Shown here: piece by piece, positions 9,003 through 15,775 of the stretch | How positions within the stretch are numbered: the first letter of the stretch is position 1 | Layout: every line of letters starts with the position of its first letter | Virus record (IMG/VR): IMGVR_UViG_3300029288_000154 | Origin: an uncultured virus (IMG/VR IMGVR_UViG_3300029288_000154) | Taxonomy: Duplodnaviria > Heunggongvirae > Uroviricota > Caudoviricetes | Reading direction: 5' to 3' (one strand) | Length of the DNA stretch: 20,000 bases | Translations under genes and position numbers: made by a program | The notes under the pieces: model-generated | The model's database searches: none | Seen by the model: only the letters and a program-made list of their open reading frames with translations | Told to the model about the DNA's origin: nothing

Positions 9003-9296
9003 ATGAAAACTAAATGGACTTCCCCAAAAGACAAAATCCTTCAAATTGAAAAATCTTTGGAAATAAAGAGGCTTAAAACTAAAATAAATTCAAAAATAAA
9101 AACTAATCGTCAATATGTTCATTTTGTTAATGTCGGTAGGGATGTTTATGAGATTTCATTTCAGGGATTAGACATTTATATAAGTCATAACAACAAACCC
9201 GAACTAATAAACGATATATGCCTTAAAACATTAGAGCTTATTGTTTTAGAAATAGAGGAAGACAGGTGTGAAGCGGACCCATCGTATCAATGGTAA
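9003..9296 (+). CDS. hypothetical protein
   Basis: 97-aa ORF 2 nt after the M32 stop. Confidence 0.65.
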   Translation: MKTKWTSPKDKILQIEKSLEIKRLKTKINSKIKTNRQYVHFVNVGRDVYEISFQGLDIYISHNNKPELINDICLKTLELIVLEIEEDRCEADPSYQW

Positions 9297-9329
9297 TACT
9301 AGAAAATAACATTTTTGTAGAATAATAAA

Positions 9330-9557
9330 ATGAAAATTAAAACATCGTTTGTTTTTGAAACAATATATTTTCTTGGCGGCCCGCGCGATTTGGTAACTAT
9401 CAACTTTGAAAAAACTTCAATACAGCAAAATGGTATTGGTGAATGGTTATTATGTTTCAACAACTCAAATCTAAAAATAAATCGTATTTTGTTAGATACG
9501 TCAGAACTACAAAGAAAACATTTCAAAATTGTTAGGATGATATTAAATGAAGATTAA
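9330..9557 (+). CDS. MKI-family microprotein (75 aa)
   Basis: MKIKTSFVFE...QRKHFKIVR. Confidence 0.7.
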   Translation: MKIKTSFVFETIYFLGGPRDLVTINFEKTSIQQNGIGEWLLCFNNSNLKINRILLDTSELQRKHFKIVRMILNED

Positions 9558-9732
9558 GTTGAAATTTACACAGCACGCTTTTTGTTTTGGTAGCGCAGGA
9601 CCTATGAAATACGAACTTCAGGTTACCTTATTTGAGTTGGAACATAGAGACAAATTTATAATTCCCATGACATCCCGTGATTCCTTACAAAAAGCTTATG
9701 AAACTTTCAAAAGAAGAATGAAATTAAAATGA
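9547..9732 (+). CDS. MKI-family microprotein (61 aa)
   Basis: MKIKLKFTQ...LQVTLFELE...AYETFKRRMKLK. Confidence 0.75.
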   Translation: MKIKLKFTQHAFCFGSAGPMKYELQVTLFELEHRDKFIIPMTSRDSLQKAYETFKRRMKLK

Positions 9733-10010
9733 AAATAATTTTAATGGTTGAACATTTTGATAATAAATCTCCAAGAGTTTCAATTCACCATGATAAAATT
9801 GAATGGAAGAAATATTCCGAAGCATTTGGGTGTACATCCGATGGATTGAATTATGCATCAACAAGTAAAAAATCCGTGACATCCCATCTTCTATATTACA
9901 TCAACAACTCTCACACATTTTTCAAAATCAACAACATAAATATATCAAGATTTTTAAAATTTCTTGATAAAACGAAATTCAAAATATTTGAAAATAACAA
10001 CTATAATTGA
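9729..10010 (+). CDS. MKI-family microprotein (93 aa)
   Basis: ATGA overlap; MKIILMVEH...SRFLKF. Confidence 0.7.
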   Translation: MKIILMVEHFDNKSPRVSIHHDKIEWKKYSEAFGCTSDGLNYASTSKKSVTSHLLYYINNSHTFFKINNINISRFLKFLDKTKFKIFENNNYN

Positions 10011-10182
10011 CAATAGTTTTGATATACTATGTATTACTTTTGGGTTGTCAACTCAAATTTCTGAAAACTTACAAGTTACGGAAAGTGAGTTAAATAAACA
10101 TAACAAGTTTCTAATCCCCGAGTTCAATTGTAAAGTTTATAAATCCTATGTTACTTTCAAAAGAAGAATGAAACTCCTGTGA
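9988..10182 (+). CDS. MKI-family microprotein (64 aa)
   Basis: TTG start (M)KITTIID...LQVTESELN...SYVTFKRRMKLL; clear paralog of 9547..9732. Confidence 0.7.
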   Translation: MKITTIIDNSFDILCITFGLSTQISENLQVTESELNKHNKFLIPEFNCKVYKSYVTFKRRMKLL

Positions 10183-10340
10183 AAATACAATTGAAAGTTT
10201 ATAAAATACCTGGAAACGATACTTGGGCGATTTTAATAGATGGCTTAGGGTTAAATAATCAAAAGCATAAAATAGGATTAGCTTCAACAAAAGAAATAGG
10301 TTACGAATCAACCAGAATGAACAAATGGATGTTGATATGA
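10179..10340 (+). CDS. MKI-family microprotein (53 aa)
   Basis: GTGA overlap; MKIQLKVYKI...ESTRMNKWMLI*. Confidence 0.7.
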   Translation: MKIQLKVYKIPGNDTWAILIDGLGLNNQKHKIGLASTKEIGYESTRMNKWMLI

Positions 10341-10522
10341 ATAAATTTGTTCTGAAATTTTCAAAACTAACGTATTGGAAATGTGAGATGTGGGTTAATC
10401 AAGAAGAAGGAGATGCAGAAACCAGAATATTTGGGTTCTTCGCACCGGCTTTTGTAAATGATAAACATTACCTTGGCGACCAAAATTTTTATAAAAACCC
10501 GCGCTTACAGAAATGTTTGTAA
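10337..10522 (+). CDS. microprotein family member (61 aa)
   Basis: ATGA overlap start; MNKFVLKF...NPRLQKCL. Confidence 0.65.
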   Translation: MNKFVLKFSKLTYWKCEMWVNQEEGDAETRIFGFFAPAFVNDKHYLGDQNFYKNPRLQKCL

Positions 10523-10767
10523 TGAAAATAAAAACAAGAATTGGTTTTGGTTATCATGATTATCCTTTTGTAATTATAGGAAAACATCATTTCTCTGATA
10601 ATCTCCGGAATAATACTTGGGTGGTTAAATACAGAGGTAAGTATTCAACAACAATCGTAGTAAAAGAAATTAGTAGAGACGTTCTAAGAAAACTAAATCA
10701 ATTACACAAAACAATTGAAATAATAAACACAATTTCAAATAATTATATCATACAAGGTAAAATGTGA
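10522..10767 (+). CDS. MKI-family microprotein (81 aa)
   Basis: TAATG overlap; MKIKTRIGFG...; resembles 16823..16966 (MKIKTDIGGFG). Confidence 0.7.
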   Translation: MKIKTRIGFGYHDYPFVIIGKHHFSDNLRNNTWVVKYRGKYSTTIVVKEISRDVLRKLNQLHKTIEIINTISNNYIIQGKM

Positions 10768-10982
10768 AAATTAAACTAAGATTAGAACCGAGATTATATT
10801 ATAGTGGTTGGGTTACTCTAACAACCGATTCTTTGAAAATGAGCTATAGCGAGACAGAAATGAACTCTCCGAAATGTAAAACCGAAAGCGGTGATAAATT
10901 ACTAAATTCAAACAAGAGATTTCAAAAGTGGTTCTTCACTACACTAGGACAAAATGGGGAATGTTTGAAAGATTCAGCTTGA
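10764..10982 (+). CDS. MKI-family microprotein (72 aa)
   Basis: GTGA overlap; MKIKLRLE...NKRFQKW; stop lies inside the promoter -35 box. Confidence 0.7.
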   Translation: MKIKLRLEPRLYYSGWVTLTTDSLKMSYSETEMNSPKCKTESGDKLLNSNKRFQKWFFTTLGQNGECLKDSA

Positions 10983-11011
10983 CTTGGAAAAAATAACCGC
11001 GTATATTAAAA
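10967..11011 (+). repeat. 45-bp direct repeat copy 1, containing a sigma70-type promoter
   Basis: GAAAGATTCAGC-TTGACT(10979-84)-N17-TATATT(11002-07)-AAAA; 43/45 identical to 11318-11362. Confidence 0.9.
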
Positions 11012-11054
11012 ATATATGATGACGAAATAAATAAATTTTTCAAAGGACAAAACC

Positions 11055-11333
11055 ATGTTAGACGCATTTAATTTGTGGTTTTATAATGACCAAAACGGTT
11101 CACCATGTTGTGTAAATAAAGATGAATTAACCGAAGATTTTATTAAAAAACTATACAACAAACTTCAACAAAAAAGAAATTGGAAAAAGAGCAACAATAT
11201 TGATGAGATGGTTAGTGAAATATCTACGTGGAATAAAGAGTCAACCGAAGCTATATATGAAGGAAGATATAGTTTCATCAATCCTAATTTTACAGACGAC
11301 ATTAAAAACAAAAATACGAAAGATTCGGCTTGA
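11055..11333 (+). CDS. hypothetical protein between the promoter repeats
   Basis: 92 aa, SD AAGGA; ends KDSA* inside repeat copy 2. Confidence 0.75.
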   Translation: MLDAFNLWFYNDQNGSPCCVNKDELTEDFIKKLYNKLQQKRNWKKSNNIDEMVSEISTWNKESTEAIYEGRYSFINPNFTDDIKNKNTKDSA

Positions 11334-11362
11334 CTTGGAAAAAATAACAGCGTATATTAAAA
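11318..11362 (+). repeat. 45-bp direct repeat copy 2, promoter upstream of the tRNA cluster
   Basis: GAAAGATTCGGC-TTGACT(11330-35)-N17-TATATT(11353-58)-AAAA. Confidence 0.9.
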
Positions 11363-11420
11363 GCATGAGGAAATGACATCCGGTGGTTCAAAGGACCGCT
11401 TGTTAATTCTGAATGACAAT

Positions 11421-11494
11421 GCAGCAAAAGCTCAATTGGATGAGCAGCCCGTTTCTACCGGGAAGGTTTGGGGGTTCAAAGCCCTCTTGCTGCG
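11421..11494 (+). tRNA. tRNA-Arg(UCU)
   Basis: Acceptor GCAGCAA/TTGCTGC, D stem GCTC/GAGC, anticodon stem CCCG/CGGG with loop TT-TCT-AC, T arm GGGGG-TTCAAAG-CCCTC; no CCA. Confidence 0.85.
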
Positions 11495-11546
11495 TTTCTA
11501 TTGCGACTTCTTTGACATTATGGGGAGGTGACGATTTGAGATAATT

Positions 11547-11890
11547 CGAATATTGGAGAAACTGGTAAACTCGGCGGACTCGTATGGGTCGCGTATACGG
11601 AAACGTATATGTAGTAAGATGTAATCCGAACTTGTTTCGGGTGTGTATAGCGAAAAAACAAATGGCTATACGCTAACGGCGAACACTTAACAGGTAATGC
11701 TGATGTCAACGCCGTGCCAAGTTCAATAAATATATTGAAACGGTTTAGAGACTATAATCATCCGCCTAAACGTAAAAGTATGGCGAAGGCATAGTCCAGA
11801 CCACAAACAGAGAAATCTGGTAGTGAAAACTATAGTGGTACGTAAAATCCGCTGCCGCAAGGCTTTTCGGTTCAAGTCCGAAATATTCGA
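11547..11890 (+). tRNA. tRNA-Leu(UAA), intron-containing (exons 11547-11580 and 11843-11890)
   Basis: Spliced arm GCGGA-CT^TAA-AA-TCCGC, acceptor CGAATAT/ATATTCG, long variable arm GCC-GCAA-GGC, T arm TTCGG-TTCAAGT-CCGAA, discriminator A. Confidence 0.9.
11581..11842 (+). ncRNA. group I self-splicing intron (262 nt, ORF-less)
   Basis: P1 GACT|C-GTAT-GGGTC with U.G at the 5' splice site; P4 ACGGCG(11676-81)/CGCCGT(11710-15); P6a TTCAATA/TATTGAA; P7 GAGACTA(11748-54)/TAGTC(11792-96); P8 CGCC/GGCG; GAAA-capped P9 hairpins; terminal G at 11842. Confidence 0.9.
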
Positions 11891-11906
11891 CTGGTAAAAG
11901 GAAAAT

Positions 11907-12506
11907 ATGAGAAAAAAGAGAGAATATAAAACAAAAGAACAAGGATTTGATAAGAATAAACATAGTCACGATGAATATTTTATTGACCTTGTTAATCGTG
12001 GAGTTCTTACAGTTACAAAAGATGGAATAGTAACGAACAATCTAACAAAAAATCAATTAGGAAAATGTAAAAATCCTAATAACTATGTAGTAATTGGTTA
12101 TTTTGAAAATGGAACGACCCGGCACATTCAAGTTCATAGACTTGTATGGATTTTGTTTGTCGGGCCTACAGGGACAAATGTCATCAACCACATAAATGGA
12201 ATAAAAACTGACAATCGTTTGGAAAATTTGGAATTGGTAACCGAATCTGAGAATAACCGACACGCTTTTAGTATAGGTCTTAAAGAAATTTCCGAAAAAC
12301 AAAGAGCGATTTCGCGGAAATTTATGATTGAAAATAATCCAAATCCAAATAAAACAAATCTTACAGAGGATGATGTTCGCGAAATTCGTAGATTGTCAAC
12401 GCCTTATAAAAGAGGAAGTGACAAAAAATTAGCGTTGATATACAATACCAGTAGAGAATTGATTTCTCAGATACGACGTAACTTAATATATAAATGGATT
12501 GAATAA
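11907..12506 (+). CDS. free-standing HNH homing endonuclease with a C-terminal HTH-like DNA-binding domain
   Basis: VHRLVW...INHINGIKTDNRLENLELVTESENNRH motif; C-terminal LTEDDVREIR...LALIYNTSRELISQIR. Confidence 0.9.
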   Translation: MRKKREYKTKEQGFDKNKHSHDEYFIDLVNRGVLTVTKDGIVTNNLTKNQLGKCKNPNNYVVIGYFENGTTRHIQVHRLVWILFVGPTGTNVINHINGIKTDNRLENLELVTESENNRHAFSIGLKEISEKQRAISRKFMIENNPNPNKTNLTEDDVREIRRLSTPYKRGSDKKLALIYNTSRELISQIRRNLIYKWIE

Positions 12507-12519
12507 GATATACCAAAAA

Positions 12520-12607
12520 GGAAGTTTGGCCGAGTCTGGTTTATGGCAGTGGTCTTGAAAACCACCAAAGTTAATAGCTTTCGAAAGTTCAAATCTTTCA
12601 ACTTCCG
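12520..12607 (+). tRNA. tRNA-Ser(UGA)
   Basis: Acceptor GGAAGTT/AACTTCC, anticodon arm GTGGT-CT-TGA-AA-ACCAC, long variable arm, T arm GAAAG-TTCAAAT-CTTTC, discriminator G. Confidence 0.92.
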
Positions 12608-12669
12608 TCAATATAAATAGCACCGACAGAAATAATTAAATATCAAAAACAACATTTTCATTCCACCCG

Positions 12670-12864
12670 ATGAAATCTTATTGACCGAAAAACAAATTTT
12701 TCCTTTTTCCTCGTCGTGTTTTTCAGAAGTCAACTGGAAAATATATTTACAAACTTGGAACTGTTTTATATGTAACGACTGTTAAGAAGTATTTCATTTC
12801 GATTATTCATCCCGAGACTACTACCGAGGACATTTTCCATAACCCGCAATATGTAATTGAATGA
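12670..12864 (+). pseudogene. possible decayed small ORF with an in-frame TGA at codon 5
   Basis: MKSY*PKNKFFLFPRRVFQKSTGKYIYK...; KFFLFPRRVF resembles KFFILPTRVF in ORF 13005..13214. Confidence 0.35.
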
Positions 12865-12888
12865 TTTTGAAACATAAATAAACTTTGA

Positions 12889-12970
12889 GGCTTGTATGTT
12901 CCAATGGTGGGACAGATGACTGTAAATCATCCGCTTAACCGCACGTCAGATTCGATCTCTGAACAAGCCA
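12889..12970 (+). tRNA. tRNA-Tyr(GUA)
   Basis: Acceptor GGCTTGT/ACAAGCC, anticodon arm GATGA-CT-GTA-AA-TCATC, long variable region, T arm TCAGA-TTCGATC-TCTGA. Confidence 0.85.
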
Positions 12971-13004
12971 TTTTCTATCTTTCAAAAACCCAAAGGTTAT
13001 AATC

Positions 13005-13214
13005 ATGCTAAATCACTCAGAACTCCAAAAAGATGCTATGCTTGCCATGGAACGTGCCAGAACGCAATCCAGCAATTCAAGCCATTCTCCCACCAATTCC
13101 AAATTTTTCATTTTGCCAACTCGTGTTTTCTCTAATTCTTCTCGTAGATTTGTTTGGAAATGGTTGTTTGTTTCCAACATCATCCAAACAAATTCTCGTT
13201 ACGAAATTCCTTAA
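13005..13214 (+). CDS. hypothetical small protein
   Basis: 69-aa ORF with an AAAGG SD-like element; a competing overlapping frame exists at 13033..13221. Confidence 0.4.
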   Translation: MLNHSELQKDAMLAMERARTQSSNSSHSPTNSKFFILPTRVFSNSSRRFVWKWLFVSNIIQTNSRYEIP

Positions 13215-13232
13215 AGTTTGAAAAGATTTCCC

Positions 13233-13261
13233 TTGCCTTTGATTTAATCTGGCGGTATATT
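13233..13261 (+). promoter_or_regulatory. sigma70-type promoter
   Basis: AAAAGATTTCCC-TTGCCT-N17-TATATT-AAAGG; near-identical ends to the promoter at 18152. Confidence 0.8.
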
Positions 13262-13283
13262 AAAGGTAACCCAAAGGAATCAA

Positions 13284-13883
13284 ATGTTCTCTCAATTCTT
13301 CAAAAAACAGAAGGCGATTAAGCTTCTCAACGAAAACAAGCAAAAGAATATTAAAGATGCTATTTTCAATGACGATGTTCGGAAAGCATTCTTTGATTTT
13401 GTCAAGTTGAACAAAAACGAAAATGTTCTTTTGATTGGTGGGTTGTCTGTTGGTGTTTTTTCTCAGGCAAGGAACACGCAGAATATTGACATTTTGGTTT
13501 TGTCGGAGAAAGATATTGATTCCGTTTTTGAAAATGTGAAATCTAAATTCAAGCGAACCAGAACCCATGCTTTTGAACATAAAGCTACGGGTGTTGAAAT
13601 TGAGGTTTTGACTCCTTCTTTCATTAAATATCCTGATTCAATTTTCAAAAAAGCTATTGATGCTGCGATTGTTCAGGATGTTGATGGGCGAGAAATCAAA
13701 ATTGTTTCTCCTAAATTTTTGATTGCTTTGAAACTTAAGAGAGCATCTTTGGCAATTAACAAAAGTCACATGGATAAGTATGACATTTCTAATTTGACTG
13801 ACATTTACGGAAAGTTTGATTTTTCTGATTTGGATTTGACTGATGATGAAATTGAAACTTACAAGGAACTGACTAGGAACTGA
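13284..13883 (+). CDS. Pol-beta-superfamily nucleotidyltransferase-like protein (AbiEii/DUF6036-like)
   Basis: LIGGLSV...RNTQNIDILV (GG...RxTxDxD-like with the first D as N), VEIEVL, and C-terminal LIALKL...DKYDI..L; SD AAGGA. Confidence 0.7.
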   Translation: MFSQFFKKQKAIKLLNENKQKNIKDAIFNDDVRKAFFDFVKLNKNENVLLIGGLSVGVFSQARNTQNIDILVLSEKDIDSVFENVKSKFKRTRTHAFEHKATGVEIEVLTPSFIKYPDSIFKKAIDAAIVQDVDGREIKIVSPKFLIALKLKRASLAINKSHMDKYDISNLTDIYGKFDFSDLDLTDDEIETYKELTRN

Positions 13884-13887
13884 CTAA

Positions 13888-14106
13888 ATGAAACCTCACA
13901 ACAAGTTTATTTTGTCGCTAATAATTTTCGCTATTTCTTTCATACCTGTTGTGATTTTGTTTTTCGGTTTTGTTAATCAATACACTCACAACTTTTTTAT
14001 TAACATTGGTTCTTTGATTTTTTCTTTAGTTGTTTTCCAATCAGTTGTTGAATTTTTGATTTTTCCTCGTTGTAAACCATCCACATTCAATCACGAAGAA
14101 TCTTAA
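13888..14106 (+). CDS. small two-TM membrane protein
   Basis: 72 aa with two hydrophobic stretches. Confidence 0.7.
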   Translation: MKPHNKFILSLIIFAISFIPVVILFFGFVNQYTHNFFINIGSLIFSLVVFQSVVEFLIFPRCKPSTFNHEES

Positions 14107-14108
14107 CT

Positions 14109-14720
14109 TTGCTCAAACTTCTTTTTCCAATTCCATCTGAGCCATTTGCTGTTGCTTTTTCTGGTGGAATTGATTCTGTAGTTGTTGTAGATTTTCTTCA
14201 GAGATTTCCGAGGAACAAGTTTTTTCTTCTTCATTTTAATCACCAAACAGAACATGGAAGAGAAGCTCAAGCATTTTCGGTCAATTTCGCAAAAGAAAGA
14301 AACTTAGGAATTGAACTAGGAACCATTCAAACAGAAAAGATGAAGAAAGAGAGTCGGGAAGAATATTGGAGAAGAGAACGTTATGATTTTTTTTCTAATT
14401 ACAAATGTCCTATTATCACGGCCCACCATTTGAATGATTGTCTAGAATATTGGATTTTTACATCTCTTAGAGGAAATGGGAAATTGATTCCTGCTAAAAG
14501 AGATAATTTTCTTCGTCCATTTTTGTTGACTTCTAAGAATGATATTAAAAATTGGGCTGAGAAAAACAAATTGACTTGGTGTGAAGACGAAAGCAACTCG
14601 GAAAACATTCATTCAAGAAACATCATCAGAAATGAAATGATGGAGATTTGTTTGAAAGTGAATCCTGGGTTGGAGAAAATGATTAGAAAGAAGATTTTGG
14701 GAGAGATGAAAAATGTATGA
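14109..14720 (+). CDS. tilS: tRNA(Ile)-lysidine synthetase, catalytic domain only
   Basis: PP-loop AVAFSGGIDS, HFNH, RRERY.FF, TAHHLND..E, RPFL, EDESN and SRN.IR motifs; TTG start; 203 aa. Confidence 0.88.
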   Translation: MLKLLFPIPSEPFAVAFSGGIDSVVVVDFLQRFPRNKFFLLHFNHQTEHGREAQAFSVNFAKERNLGIELGTIQTEKMKKESREEYWRRERYDFFSNYKCPIITAHHLNDCLEYWIFTSLRGNGKLIPAKRDNFLRPFLLTSKNDIKNWAEKNKLTWCEDESNSENIHSRNIIRNEMMEICLKVNPGLEKMIRKKILGEMKNV

Positions 14721-15099
14721 AATAAAAGTTTACTATCACACAGGAGATACGTTCAAATCATATGACACCGACACAACTCTTGGTGGAGAATGGAATCTTG
14801 AAACCGCTAAAGAAAATCTAAAGCGTATCAAGAAGCATTACGAATATTACTCAAATCTTAGAAATTATGTTTCGATTGGCAAAAGCGAAACACAATTGCT
14901 TGAAGATTTGAAAAATGAAGAGTTCTATGTTTCGGATAAATATCATGGACCGTCTTGGAATTGGACAATCAATCTTTTAGAAAACGATGGAAGCAAACGA
15001 GAATATAACGTTGCTTGGTGTGGATATTTCGAAAGATTGTTAGGAGCAGAAATCATTTCTAAAGTTCCTGAAGAAGACCAAATGAGGTTTGTTGTTTGA
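14713..15099 (+). CDS. hypothetical phage protein
   Basis: 128 aa, SD GGAGA, overlaps the tilS end. Confidence 0.8.
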   Translation: MYEIKVYYHTGDTFKSYDTDTTLGGEWNLETAKENLKRIKKHYEYYSNLRNYVSIGKSETQLLEDLKNEEFYVSDKYHGPSWNWTINLLENDGSKREYNVAWCGYFERLLGAEIISKVPEEDQMRFVV

Positions 15100-15304
15100 A
15101 AATAGAAACATACATTTACGACGTAGACACTTCGGAGATTTGCGCTGATGGTATTTACTTTGTTACGGAAACTTCCATGATGTAGTTTGTTTAGAATTTG
15201 ATGAGTTGGAAGGAAACATAATCAGAATTCCTAAAATGAATGTAGATAGAAGCAATTCCTACAAAACTTTAGCAAGAAGATTGAAAAAAGAATTGGTTTA
15301 TTGA
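15096..15304 (+). pseudogene. frameshifted MKI-family microprotein
   Basis: The TTGA-overlap start MKIETYIY... stops at TAG 15183-85; the -1 frame, open from 15149, encodes ...LEFDELEGNIIRIP...SYKTLARRLKK, matching 9547 and 9988. Confidence 0.6.
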
Positions 15305-15328
15305 AAGTAACGAGTTAAAGGGGACAAT

Positions 15329-15556
15329 ATGTGTAAGAAATGTATAATTTGTGGAGAACAGGTAAATTATTTTGAGAATGTTGGCGTCCTTGATGGCGCA
15401 GGAACTGTTGAATTGTATTTTGAATACGGTTCAGAAAATGATATGGATTCTTACAAAAGTTACATTCACGATACTTGTTTTTCGAAAATTAAAGAAAGAG
15501 TAATTTTAACAGAATCCCATGAAGATTTCTTAAAAAGAACGCGGGATGAAAAGTGA
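15329..15556 (+). CDS. small putative Zn-binding protein
   Basis: CIIC...HDTC; SD AAGGGG. Confidence 0.7.
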   Translation: MCKKCIICGEQVNYFENVGVLDGAGTVELYFEYGSENDMDSYKSYIHDTCFSKIKERVILTESHEDFLKRTRDEK

Positions 15557-15643
15557 ACAGAAATTAGCAATCATCGTAGCTAATGTTCGTCAAACAAAAC
15601 GATGAAAAATGAACAATTTCTGAAATGGAGTTGTTTCGAATAC

Positions 15644-15728
15644 GCAGCGGTATGCAAATTGGTCTAAGCAGCCTGACTCATAATCAGGTGCCAGAAATGG
15701 TTTGAGAGATCGTACCTCTCCCGCTGTA
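15644..15728 (+). tRNA. tRNA with CAU anticodon (Ile2 probable, Met possible)
   Basis: Acceptor GCAGCGG/CCGCTGT, anticodon arm CCTGA-CT-CAT-AA-TCAGG, long variable arm CCA-GAAA-TGG, T arm GAGAG-ATCGTAC-CTCTC; tilS about 0.9 kb upstream. Confidence 0.85.
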
Positions 15729-15775
15729 TAAAACAAACCTTAATTATTTTACCAGACAATTTTAAGAAGGATAAC

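Noticed and set aside
11363..11420. Short hairpin CGGT...ACCG with GGTTCAAA upstream of tRNA-Arg as an extra tRNA or ncRNA
   Set aside because: No cloverleaf can be built; most likely a precursor leader.
11421..11494. Reading the tRNA loop TTTCTAC as a CUA amber suppressor
   Set aside because: The CCCG/CGGG stem defines a 7-nt loop whose central triplet is TCT (Arg).
11547..11890. Alternative splice giving tRNA-Leu(CAA)
   Set aside because: It would need the 5' exon to end in C and the intron to end in T, violating the P1 U.G pair and terminal G of group I introns.
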